A DNA stretch of 64,000 bases from Psilocybe cubensis (taxonomy: Eukaryota). This document shows positions 40,342 to 55,152 of the stretch, piece after piece. The stretch is from the NCBI GenBank assembly GCA_017499595.2, contig CM039008.1, positions 310,001 through 374,000 of the forward strand. The letters run 5' to 3'. The translations under genes were made by a program, and so were the position numbers. Position 1 is the first letter of the stretch, and every line of letters starts with the position of its first letter. The notes under the pieces are model-generated. The model did not search any database. It was not told the origin of the DNA and worked only from the letters and a program-made list of their open reading frames with translations.

Positions 40342-41510
40342 TCTCCTCTTTCTTCCTTTGCTTTCTTGTTCTCTTCTTTTGTCTGCCTGGCTTTCAATAT
40401 CTTCATGACCTTTTCTTTACACCCATAAAAGTTGATTGTTGTTCATTTTTTTCGTTGCTTAATTCATCCAGTTTCAATCTCTAAAATTTTGTCTCGTCGT
40501 TTTTGTGCATGTTCATCACCTTGCTATGTATAGGTCCTTCGGGTTTGACGGAGTACTGACATTCGACTGGCGCTTAGTTCGCTGGTTTGTTACTTTGTAG
40601 GCGTCCGCGTGGTCGGTGGACTTCAAGCATGTTGAAAGAAGAAAGTTCAAGTCAGTTCGTCATCCACTTGGACGTGTATTTTGACGATGCTACAAAAACA
40701 CTGATATCAATGAATTCTGATCACCGAGACGTAGAACTCGGGTCTGTGAAGAAATCCCTGACCGACGGCCATATCGACCATGGATTGAATAGCATGCCCG
40801 TTACACGTAACCTTTTTATATTTTTAGATGCTAGCGTGACTCTCCTCAAGTTGAAGAGTTGGCAGAGTTGGAAGGCCTGAACTGGGCGTTGGAAAATTGC
40901 AGTTTGCAAACTGTCCCATGAAGTCGCATGACCCGCCAAAAGTTCATCCGCGATGCAGTTTTGCTTTGTTTAGATGGCGGTTCCGAAGTGCCAAGAGACT
41001 TCGGAATGGACGCTCATTGGTTCGTTTTATTTCATCCCCGATCGCCTCTAGGCTTTCCAGGGCTTTCCAACAGCTTGTATTCTAACTATAACTCCTTGTA
41101 CGTCCATCGGTAAACATCTCTACCTGCTAGAACCTTAGAAGAACAGCTGACACCGACCAAAAGCCGACTCATCAACAGCATGGCCGTCAAAGAAACGAAA
41201 TGTAAGGGTTAGAAGACGGTGAACCACCCGGACAATATGAAAAGAACCCAAAAGAACCCAACACCTTGGCGACATGATTTCGGCACTATCAATGACAAAT
41301 TCGAGCTTGAGGGATGAGATCCGTCGTGTGTTTTTTTTTTCTCTTGTGGCAAGTGCTGGCATCGATGATGGACAATGAATGAATCAATATTATTTGCCAC
41401 CTTGTTCTTCCACCCTCTCTTCCACCGGTTCTCGCAAGTAAGGCTTGAGCTGCAGTTCGTACTGACGCACGTTTGTCAGTGGACGCTGCAGAGCTTGTTT
41501 GTTATCCAGG

Positions 41511-43761
<2,251 letters not shown>

Positions 43762-44019
43762 AGAACAGCAAACAATATATGCAAGTCAATGTATTACTAC
43801 TCATATCATCGTGGTATTTATATAAATCAATAATTTTTGCTAATTGGAGGACGTTCTCTGACATCAAGTCTTTCTTACGATGACTCAAACAATTTTTGGG
43901 GAAGTCAAATAACAATGTCGGAACCAACATTGTAGATCGACAAGAATGAACATCCCGGATTATCATTCAGCGTGCACGGCACAATTATCGACCCTATCAA
44001 TATCGACTTTATCTAGGTG

Positions 44020-46664
44020 TTAAGGTTGTGCAGAGGTATTGGCAATCTGCAGAGAGATTTGTGTCAACAACGCCATCTGCTGGAGCCTGAAGGTATCAGA
44101 TGTGATCGCGATGCTCGGGATTGGGTCCGTGAAAGTCAACATGGGTGGGTTTGTCTTGGACGACCCCCATTGCTTCCAGTTGACAGAGGAGAGAAGACTT
44201 TTGGGATTCTTGGGAAGCGATGGATTGCCGGTATTGGCAAAGTTGACTAGATATCACGGTGAGTGCCATACACAATTGAGAGAGGTCTAAAGACACTTAC
44301 TTATCGCATCTGCTCCAACGAGATCTGGTGAGGGTCCAGCGCCGTAAAACTCTGGTATATCGGTTCCGTGGAATGACCCAAGTGCGGTACTTGTTTTGTT
44401 ACGTTTATACACTGACATCCAGGTTAGCATGAGAAGGTAATGTATTTGAAGAAGAAACCACCACAGAAACGCACAGAATGCAAAGGTAGGTTGAGTCTTT
44501 GAGGTCGTTTCCAGCAAAAATCGCCGGGGAGCTTGGAAAGACCAGTCTCCCTGTATAGCTGCAAGGCGCTTATACTGGGGACTGTTTTTTTCAGTGAGAA
44601 TATGTCAGCGCATGACATAAATGACAAGCGCTTAACGTACGTGAGGGCGTTTGCTGTTCCGGTATCAAAAGGGGAACCCTAAAATAGGCGCTCTAAGTTT
44701 TCGGCGCTCTGGTTGAATTAGCGCTGAGAAACCCACCTGAGTGACATCGTCCGGATATGCTTCACCTACAGCTGCAAGCTGCTCGTCCGACAATATCCCG
44801 CGGAAGTAACTATTATACGAATTATTCGCTGAGTCTCGCTTTTGGATAGATAATTGAAATGGACGAACTTGGATTGCATGTAGGATAAGAAATCTTCGTT
44901 GGTTCTAAAGTCATAGCTTCAGCGTCGGTTCGATGTAGCCTAGTTCAAGGACCAGAAATACTAACGTGATGTTTGCATTAGCAAACGAGAAAAATCTACA
45001 GCATATATGTGTATCAATATTCAAAATGAGGATTTTAAATGGTCCTTACGTTCCCTCGTCGTCACAGTCTCCGGAGAGTATGGGAACCTATTCACATGAA
45101 ATGTTAAAGTTCAAGAATATTGATATAGGAAGACATGTTACACAAACCTTTGCATAGAGACCTTTTTGGAGAGATATCTGAGGATCTCTCTTAATTAAAT
45201 CGCCATCGATGGTCGGCTGCCAGGCAAGGGAAAGACTTGAAAACGAGAAGAGATTGGGAGACAAGTTCATAGCTGTGGAGAACTGGTCGAACGGAACTGC
45301 TCTCATGCATGCGATAGGATCGGGGGAGCCTGTGCAGCCCGAGTTGGCCACCAACTGGTCGAAGATGGGTTGCTTGTCGGCAATGTCCAACATCAAGTAG
45401 GGAGAACCGGATTGCTGAAAGAGAGTTAAGTAATATTGTTAACCCCGTAAGCAGGACGTGCACATACCATTACAGCTGCGTGGAATAGACCTTCTGGATT
45501 ACCATCGTTGATGATCAAATGAGTACCAACTGATAAGGCCCCTGCACTTTCTCCCCATCTTTCGAAAAGAATATTGTAAGTGGGATAAACAACGGATTAT
45601 TTAAGCACTTACATAGTAACTCTACGAGGATCACCTCCGAAAGCTGTGATATATTTCTGTACCCACTTTAAGGCGAAACGTTCTGAAACGCAGATTTAAA
45701 CACGCCATCGAACAGAGTGCGAGTTTGATTCTTACGATCTCTTAAACCAATGTTTCCAAGGCCAGCAGCCTGCACCTCTTTGGATGCTAGCCAACCAAGT
45801 GCTACAGGAAGTTAAACATGTCATTGGACGACTTTTAATGATTAAGATGACACACGAACCACTCAAACGGTAGTTTGCTGATACATAAACAACAGGCTCG
45901 TTGAGGGCGATTGATCGAGAGACGATGTTGCTTCCTGGGTACAGCGAAGTGTCGCCATTCTGAAAGCCACCTTACCAAATAGTAAGGCTCAGGGTATTTT
46001 ATGATATGAAGAAAGTGCATATAGTACCTCCGTATATCCACTACGGTGAAGTTTAAGTATCGGAAAGGGTCAATGGTATCAAAGGAAGCTTGGTTACTTA
46101 CAAAGACGACTGGGAGTTTCTTCCCAGGCTGTGTGCCTACAGGTCTGACAACGTTTATAAACAGACCTAAACGCCGATCATCACGTTAGATAAAGAACAT
46201 TTGTACACCATGTCCCGCGTACAATCTTCCGATATAACAGAGGGATTAGGGGCCCCTGTAGAAATCAAACCAGCAATAGTTGGAACTAGGCTTCCAGGAA
46301 AGACAGAGGCATTCGCCGCTTGTTGGAAACATGCCGCTCCAAAAGTAGTTGCCTGATGAACGCCCCTGAAGGCAACAGGGGGGTGGGGAGGCGCAAATCG
46401 TAAATTCCCAACTCTAGTAAAAAACCAGTTAGAAACAAGCCCGAATGACGACAGACGGCAATAAAATACACACGGCGGTGCGGCAAAAGGCATGCCGAGG
46501 AAACTTTCAACATTACCAACTACACTGCCCTGAAATGCGCCATAGTTAAGTTTGACGATAGGATCAGATCCAGGTGATGTCGCCGCAGTATTTTCAACGA
46601 GATTTGGCAGTAAAAAGAGTAGTCCAAGTAGAACGTGAGCCCGCAGAAGGGGAAACGAAAGCAT
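44020..46664 (-). CDS. Secreted type-B carboxylesterase/lipase (copy 1)
   Basis: Signal peptide; FLGMPFAAPP, GNLRFAPP, SEDCL, WGESAGA nucleophile elbow, GDCDDEG, FHGTDI. Confidence 0.93.
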
Positions 46665-47117
46665 ACTTCACTGGTGTTTGGTGTTCCAACCACCTGTGGC
46701 TCTCAGGAGCCTTTTAAAGAACCGCGGCAGTTTGTAGCGTCATCAGAGCAGTGCTGCCGAATGACCGAATGAGTCATACGTAAACTTCAGGGTGAGCTTA
46801 TTTCGCAGGGACGCGCAGGGTTTCAAGTTGCTATGAATATGTACATAGTCACTGGAAGCGCTGGTCTAAACTAGGTTTCACTGTAAAAAGTGCCTGTATC
46901 CAATCTCCAGTCTGAGTCATAAACTGACCAACAGCTTGTTTGCTTGCTTATTCAAGAATCTAATTTCCTGAAACAGCTTTGATGTACAGATGATGGTTTG
47001 TGGATCGACGTAACAGGTGAGATTTTCAACGTATAGTTTTGAAATTTGCAGTAACTACATGCACCATGTTCCTCAGGTGAGCTACAAAAAATACGCCCTG
47101 TAGAGGACCGAGGTTAT

Positions 47118-50100
47118 TCATTGATTAGAATCAAGTTGAAGAGATAGTTTCGTTAGCAGATCCATTTGCGTCGCACGGAAAGTATCAGCCGTGATGGCAA
47201 TCGCCGGAGCAGGGTCAAGGAAAGTCAACAACGGAGGGCTGGTCTTGGAGGAACTCCATGGTTGCCAGTCAACAGCAGAGAGGAGACTGATGGGATTCTT
47301 CGGTAACGATGGGTTCCCAGTGTTTGCGAAATTGACTACAACATTTGAGAAGAGTTATTATTAGTACACTAGTAGTACCTGCCTCACAGTAGCGAAGCGT
47401 CGTCGTACCTAGCCCATCGGTACCGATGAAGTCCGGCGCCGTTCCGGACCCATAAAATTCAGGGATGTCGGAGCCATGGAATGATCCTAGAAGAGGCGTC
47501 GCTTTACCTCGCTTGAACACTTGAAAAAAAATAAATCTAAGTCAGAATTTAGATCAAGATAGTAACAATGATAATACTCACAAAATGCGAAAGTTGGCTG
47601 AGTGGTAGACGCAGTCTGCAAGAAGAATCGTCTAGGAGCTTGGAAGATCAGATCTCCCTGCACCGCAGCAAGTCGTTTGAATTCGGGTCTGCAGTTTTTT
47701 TATCAAACGTGACTCAAGATGAATTGGACCTAAGATTGGGCTCATCAGAAACCAGCACCCTTACGTAATCAATGGGCTTGGCGCCAAGAGCGGCCAAAAT
47801 CCAGCTCGAAAAAAAAATCAAAAGTTATGTTGACGGAAAATGGTTTCAGACAAAAAGTTTAAAAAAAAAAAATTCATAAATGTGCATATACAATCCTTAC
47901 TACTAGCCTTTATGCCCACAATAATAGAATTACACCTCAGAGGTCAAATTGTAGTCTCTGGAAGTCCATAATGAGTCTGAGAGGTATTACTTAGGCGTGA
48001 CTTATTGTCACGTGTGGTCACGTGTACCATTATATAAGCGGCCAAAAGAACATTGTCAAATTTTCGAAAATCTCCCAAACTCGAGAAAACACCATTTCTG
48101 ACGTGTTAGACTAAAAAAAAAGGAAAAAAATTAAAATCTTTATAACTTCTTGAGATCAAAATTTTTTTGAAAAAAAAAACCACAGATGTGTTCAAAGAAG
48201 CATAACCTACATATCTGTGGTTCAAAAATGTAGAATAGTGTGAGTGCAGAAGGGTTGAAAAGGTTCGGAGGTAAGCCAACTTTTGCTTACCTAAGGGGGT
48301 GCTGGTTCCTGATGAGCCCAATCTTAAAGATGGCTCCTTACGTGATAGCGTTGGCAGTTCCGGTATCAAAGGGCGATCCCTAACAAACAACCGATTGAGG
48401 TTCTTTATTCAAGGAACCAGAGATGCAAATGGCCCGTACCGCTGTGATATCATCAGGATATGCAGCACCGACTGCAGCCAAGTCATCGTTCGAAATCAAT
48501 CCACGGAAGTAGCTTATATGTGCCTTTAGTTGTTGATCATGCACGCAGAGGAGCAAATCGACGCACTTGGATTGCATGTACGCCAAAAATTCATCATTGG
48601 TTCTGGATGTCACGTAAATTTCGCACTTATGGTAAAACTGATTGGACAGACGTACGTGATATTGCCATTGGAAAGAGAAAACAATCTTGAGAAATGTCAG
48701 AAAGATGTTAAGTAAAATACAAGCACGTGTAAATTGCTCACGTTCCCTCATCATCGCAATCCCCTGTAATAAGAGGCACCTAAGAACATTTAAGTATAAG
48801 AAGCCAGGAGTAACAATGAAGACATCACCAACCTTGGCATACAGGCCTTTTTGAATTGAAACTTGAGGATCTCGCACAATTATTTCACCATCAATAGTGG
48901 GCTGCCACGGAATCGCAAGACTTGAAAATGAGAACAGGTTAGGTGTTAAATTCATGGCCTCTGCGAATTTATCAAATGGGACAGCTCTCATGCATTGAAT
49001 AGGATCCTTCTGGCCGGTACATCCTGTGCTTGCAACCAACTGGTCAAAGACGGGTTGCTTAGAAGTGATATCTTGCATTGGAACGGGTGAACCGGACTCC
49101 TATCTCACAATCGATGATTAAAATACAGGTTCGTTATTGCTGCTACTTATCACGCACCATGACTGCACCATGGAAAAGACCAGCAGGATTTCCATCGTTA
49201 ATTACCAAGTGTGAACCAACGGAGATAGCACCCGCGCTTTCGCCCCAACTAGACATTTTCAACAGCAACACGCGTACTTGAGTAAGATATGCAGGATGAA
49301 AGGGCACGTAGCTTACATTGTGACTCTTTTCGGATCTCCCCCAAAAAATCTGATGTGGTCCTGGACCCACTGCATAGCGAAGCGTTCTAACATACCTCAA
49401 CTTTATCATTCGCCAAAGTGAGCAAAATTTTTCTTACGATCTCGCAGCCCTGCGTTACCAAGGCCAGCTTCTTTAACCTCCTTCGAGGCCAACCACCCGA
49501 GTGCTAGCACTCTTCATGAGTACGGGTAATTATGCATAAGTGAAGTTTAATTCTCACCGCTTAGACGATAGTTGGCTGATACATATATAACAGGTTCTCC
49601 CAACGCAATCGATCGAGAAACTACAGTATTTCCTGGATTAAATGAGGTGTCTCCAGCTTCAAATCCACCTAATCAAATCTCGCTATGAACAACTTGTCTA
49701 TGCTTGAACCTTTGAATATTAAAACTAACCTCCATAAATCCACTATTGCCACGTTATTGTTACTTAATTCCAGCGCTTCGAAGATATCTCAACTCACAAA
49801 TAGAACTGGGAGAGTCTTCCCTGGAGGTATATTTGCAGGTTTGACGACATTGATGAAGAGACCTGGACTGATGTTAGCCAGAGTCCAGCATACTGACAAG
49901 ATAGTTTCTCGTACAATCTTCAGATACTACAGCCGGTCCAGGAGACCCGTTGGCGATTAGTTCATTGATTATTGCCGCGAGAGGTCCCAAAGCGGATGCG
50001 TTTGTTGATTGTTGAAAACAGGCTGCTCCAAAATTACTCGCCTGACGGATACCTTTGAACTTTACCGGTGGTTGAGGTGGCGCAAAGCGAAGATTTCCAA

Positions 50101-50346
50101 TGCTGAATGAAACACAATTGTTAGACCACATAAAATTAAAATTAGCGACAGGTATACGTACGGTGGGGCAGCAAAGGGCATCCCGAGAAAGGTCTCTACA
50201 TTGCCCGATACCTGTCCCTGAAAGGAGCCATAATTGAGCTTGACAACCGGTCCCGATGTAACTGTAGGAGGCGCAGGGGAAGCCTTTCCAAAAGAGGCAA
50301 GAGCAAACAGAGCCCAAAGCCTTCTGTCAAGCCAAGGAGACAGCAT
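47118..50346 (-). CDS. Secreted type-B carboxylesterase/lipase (copy 2), one intron expanded by a MITE
   Basis: Signal peptide; FLGMPFAAPP, WGESAGA, GDCDDEG, FHGSDI; same exon layout as copy 1. Confidence 0.92.
47733..48324. mobile_element. Non-autonomous DNA transposon (MITE), 592 bp, TA TSD, intronic
   Basis: TA at 47731-47732 and 48325-48326; TIR AGATTGGGCTCATCAG(A/G)AACCAGCACCC, 27/28 match and extendable with an indel; AT-rich non-coding interior with A-runs. Confidence 0.9.
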
Positions 50347-52190
50347 CTTTGAAAAGCATGCATTCACAAACCATCGTACTTATACGATGGTGCTATGAGA
50401 TGTGAGATTTTGATTGCTCCCGTAGCTTTGCGTCAGACGTTAGCCTGAAACTGCACCCATGGGATAATAATGAAGTAAACAGTCAGACCCACATGAAGAG
50501 GTCACAGTGTATTTAAATATGTACCTTCTTAGCAACATCTCAGTGAGTAGATGCAGAAGTAGACGACTTATCACGAGTTTGTCTATTATCAGCAGCATAC
50601 GTCTGCTTCCCAATGCTTCTTTCCTCTCTGTCAAGATCCGCGGAAGGTTCCTTGTGAAAATGGTACGAGCAAGTACGAATATTAAGCCATGGAAATAAAA
50701 GAATTCGTGAAGACAAGGCCATTTTTATCACAAGGCCGTTATATTTTTGGGAAGTACTCACTCGTTCTCAGCCATTGCTTCTTGTACATTGATATAGGCT
50801 CTCTCAGACAAGTCTAAGTCTCAAGATGGCTGCGCATTGACATTAAATTAAGAGCTCTGAGTCAGCTGGGGTTATCCAATTGAAGTCAAAGCCACGTACC
50901 TTAGTTTGAGGGAATGATGATATTTCCGCATGGCCTCGAGTCTTCCCGACGTGCTAGACTTCAGGATATCAGTAACAACGACAAGCGGATCCAGTGCAAG
51001 TTTTCCTGTCAGAATTCACAAGAGCTGAGGTTGGATACAGTCGAAACTGAAATGACGATGGAACTGAAGGAAGAACTGAGGAAAAGTGTTGATGGTCGAA
51101 TCACGATGGTAGTCAGGTGATGCACACTGAGAGAAAACGTGATCGACGCGCGTCCGAAGTCGCCGTAGGAAAGCAGCTTTTCGGACCCTAAAAAGGATGT
51201 CTGCCGTCCCCCGGCCGCCTCCAAGGCCCTGAAAGTTGAAGACTCCGGGGGGAATTACTGCTCACTCACAGATACGAATAATCGACCCAGCACTTTCGCT
51301 GAGCGAAGATGTCCCTGGTCCGGGTAACCTAGAGCCTGATGTTTTACAGGTTTTTTCGTAGTATTGACTCGACTCTGCACCTTCCAGTAGCCGGATGCTC
51401 CAGATGACCAGTGATGTGCCAGCGGCGTCCTAGGTGAGTCGACTCGCAAACAAAAATGAATATAATAAGTCAAAACGCCTGGAGTACCGCTATGAGAGGC
51501 GTCTGAGGGTGCGAGAGGGTTTTCTTGGTCTTCTTAACCAGCTGAAACGATGAGAACGAGATTGAAACGAAAGGTGAACGATGTGTTATTGTGTAGGTAA
51601 TTTTCTAGCTAGCTTTTATACTACTGAGGTGGGGTGTGTGTGTAAAGCAAAATTTGTAAAAAAATAAGCGAAGCGATCACGAAATAAGGAAGCCAAGACA
51701 CTGTGATTAATTCTACAGACGAGTAAAATTAATTAAAATTTAAAAATTTCTTGGATGGGGAGGAAACAGCGAGGGTGCGAAGCTGGGCGCCTATTGTGTC
51801 TACTCGGAATATGTGGGTAAAATGAAAGCTGTGCTGTATATGAGATTCGGATTCTAAAATGAAGAAAAATTGTGAATATATTACGACAATGTATATAAAA
51901 TGGACTGGCGATTAGAAACAGATGAGTAATGGAACCGGGAGCGAGGAATATCGGTGTCGGTGGATGAGGTCGGTGGTGTATTGATGTTCCGGCGTCATGT
52001 GAAGCGTGGGAAAGTGGACTTCGTGCGCGCGATTTCCGTGGTTAGCGAGCTGCACTGCGTATCACCAGCATAGCCGCCACAGTGGTTTTCCACCGGTTAG
52101 CCCCCATCACCTTATTATTAGTCGGGTACAACATTTCCCTGGGTGAGTGAGCGATAGCTGTTATATGGTGGCTATTTACACATTGGGTTA

Positions 52191-52860
52191 TTACATGTCC
52201 TCCGTGTCTGTTAGGTTATCTAATTCGTGCTCTCCCAATTGTACCATCCCTCTGTAGAGGGGATGTCTGTATATATCCACCTGAGCAAATTCCTTGAGAG
52301 CATGGTATGTGTACGCAGCCGTCGCCTTCACTGTCTGCTCCCAATTGCAAAGACGTTGTAAAATGTCCAGCCCGCTTCCACATGCGATGTCACGCCATTG
52401 CCAGTTTGGATACTGTTTCTTCATGGTGTCCACGAAAGCCACGCGTCTCGCTTGCAGTTGGTCCGAGACGCTTGTGCACAGCAGCATAGCGTGCAGTGTG
52501 CACCTCATCTTCCGTCTCTCGCTTGCATATCCTGCAAAGCCTTTGTGACCGCGGGATCTTGCCCTGCCTACGGTCCAGATGACGAAGAGTCTCTACTGCC
52601 AGACCGTGCCCCGCGCACATCAGTCATGTCAGCGCCAATCTGTGCGCCGGCACCAAGACCTTGGTTAGGTACAGACGCATTTTGCATACTGCAAGGATTG
52701 ATGGGGAATCTCCTCGCCATCTATTCTGTAGTAACGGTAGTCTTACAGACGCTTTTATTTCACCCACCAAATACCTTGCACAGGATTCCTCCACTCGCAC
52801 GATCACCTTCGCAATGCTGCCCGAGGAGACGGAAGAAAAGGGGTAAGTTGTAATGGCCAC
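52191..52860 (-). mobile_element. Degenerate 5'-truncated non-LTR retrotransposon (LINE) ORF2 C-terminus
   Basis: MRLYLTKVLVPAHRLALT*LMCAGHGLAVETLRH...IPRSQRLCRICKRETEDEVH/AMLLC: C-x2-C-x8-H-x4-C knuckle after repairing one stop and one 7-bp insertion; 5' boundary approximate. Confidence 0.75.
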
Positions 52861-52946
52861 CAGTGCATATGATACATTAATGATAGGTATAGCGTGCAAT
52901 AATATAAACATTCATAGCATAAAGAGTGTAGTTAGTCAAATATGTA

Positions 52947-55152
52947 TCAGTAAAGATCTCCATTCTTTGCCCTGACACGGACATCGTCTTCACTTTTTTC
53001 ACTCTGGGATTTTAGAGCGTCTACCTGTAGGTAATTTTGAATTAGTAGGTTGCACCTCAACTCATTTAAATTTGTATAGCTTACCGAGTGGTTGGCACCA
53101 TTGTTAAGCGCATCCTTGGTGGTTGAGGTATCGATGCGAATAGTGATGTTCTTCATTTTCATCGAATTAGTAGCGGCTTGATGACCGCTGATGACGCTCG
53201 TCGGTATTGATCCCATCATGCGTGAGGTTGTATTCTCGTCAATCTGACTAGTGAACGAATTGCGAGCGTTAAGTGTCGCCAAGAACGAGTTGGTATACAC
53301 TGTAAGGCAGATAAACAACAGCGCAGGGAGGATGATAAGAAGTACTCACATCTTCCAATGCAAAAGTAAAATGTGGCGTAGATTAGACTTTTTGGGGATG
53401 CAATGAGCTGCCAACCCAACATTTAGTACTTTAAACATCTTATCAACCGGATGTACATACACAAATCAAAGACGCGACAGCGCAGCACCTAATCAGAGCT
53501 ATGACTAAGTATTTGAACACTTCTGAGACGAGCAAGTGACATACGTTGTCAAGCTAGAAAGAGTAAATATGAGTTTTAACAAATCCATGAAGGCAAGTGA
53601 AACGACTTACACTCCCGTGTTCACGACAAAAATTATCTGAGTAAAGAAACGGTTTGATCAGACTATGAAAAGCATTAGCTAAATGTGTACGAACAAGCTT
53701 TGTTATAATTGTGTCTGATCTAGAATGACTCGGAATCAGCGAACGAGACTAGAACTGATGATATGGCCAATTTACCTCCTAAATCCGGTGCGGGCATTAT
53801 GAAGCATGATGCACAGACTGGCAGCAATTGCTACGTCAACAACGGTTGAGAGAGCATTTATCGTAATAGTCAGCGGCTAAAACCAATCTTAGAACTCAGG
53901 CATCTTCGTATATTTTTTGTCCTCACCGTAATCGACAGTAGTTGTTCATATGTCTCAAACTGTAGGCTTTATATTGAATAAAAACACATCAGCCAATGAT
54001 GTATGAGCCGAAGATAAAAATGTATTTACGCACGATAAGATAACCCAGACTGTGCGGAAATACTGGATTAGAGATGGACCCTAACGTATTCAGCTTGATA
54101 TCTCACCGGTTCCAGAACCTAAACATATATAAGCGCATTCGTTATGTCATAATTGTGATAACTTCTTACCTGCTGTCGCCAGAATGAGGAAGAAGATCGT
54201 CCCTGCGAGCCAGTAGTTTCTCTTGCTTACTATATTGTGTTGATAGATGAGCAATTCCGGTAGTTTGGCATTGAGAGGAAGTACATACGGCGAAACACAC
54301 GCAAAGTGTAGAAACTATAAATGGCATGATAAAGTCAGCTTAGGTGCCCTGTATCTTGAATGGTCATGTTTACGGGCCTTTGCACAATCCCAGCATTCAC
54401 GCCCTAATTGGTCGTTAGCTTGTTTGAAATAACTGGAAGAAAATTGACAATTACAGTGAAAAGAGCCTCCACCTAGAAATGTGGAATTGTCGAAGAGTTC
54501 CTTAGCACGGAAATACGGAGCACAGCAAGCTCAATTTGAGCACATACCAACACAGTCCTGGAAGATATGTGGTTCAATGAGATAGTATGATAAAATACTA
54601 CAGACTAACTCACCAGGTAATGAATCGGAGACTATCCTTATCACTGCTGCAATATTTAACAATAGGGAATGGCAACGAAGTTAATGAAGCTTACTGATAT
54701 TTGGAAACGACATGATGGTACACTGAGCATCCGAATGTTGACGAGGCAGACCAACTGTTAGACAGTAAAAACTCACCTGCATGGGAGATCATCACCAGAT
54801 GAATCGCATCAAATGACACCGTTATTGACACCTGGAGACCAAGATTATTACAGGGAAAGGGCAGGAAGTTTTTTTTGGGAAAGACGTACAAGTGTCTTGA
54901 GATACCACACATCTTTTTTGTAATCTGTATGTGATGTAAGCCATTTGATAGTCCAACAAACATGAATGTGATCTTACTATTCCAATATGTGAACGCCTGT
55001 AGAAGCGTGATCCCGTGAAGAACCGCGCTCACAATGACTCCAATGAACATAGCGCCCATTCTGCTGGAAATTAACGCGATTCATAGAGACGTATATGTGA
55101 CGTACGAATTGTCCAATGCGACGCTTGGATCGAGAGTAGCAGAAGTTGACAT
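52947..55152 (-). CDS. DUF6534-like multi-pass membrane protein (many small exons)
   Basis: MSTSATLDPSVALDNSMGAMFIGVIVSAVLHGITLLQAFTYW; later VDVAIAASLCIMLHNARTGF, SDTIITSLIIFVVNTG, YFCIGRLYTNSFLATLNAR. Confidence 0.85.

Noticed and set aside
50370-50391. 9-bp perfect stem-loop overlapping the esterase 2 TATA box
   Set aside because: Short enough to arise by chance in 64 kb
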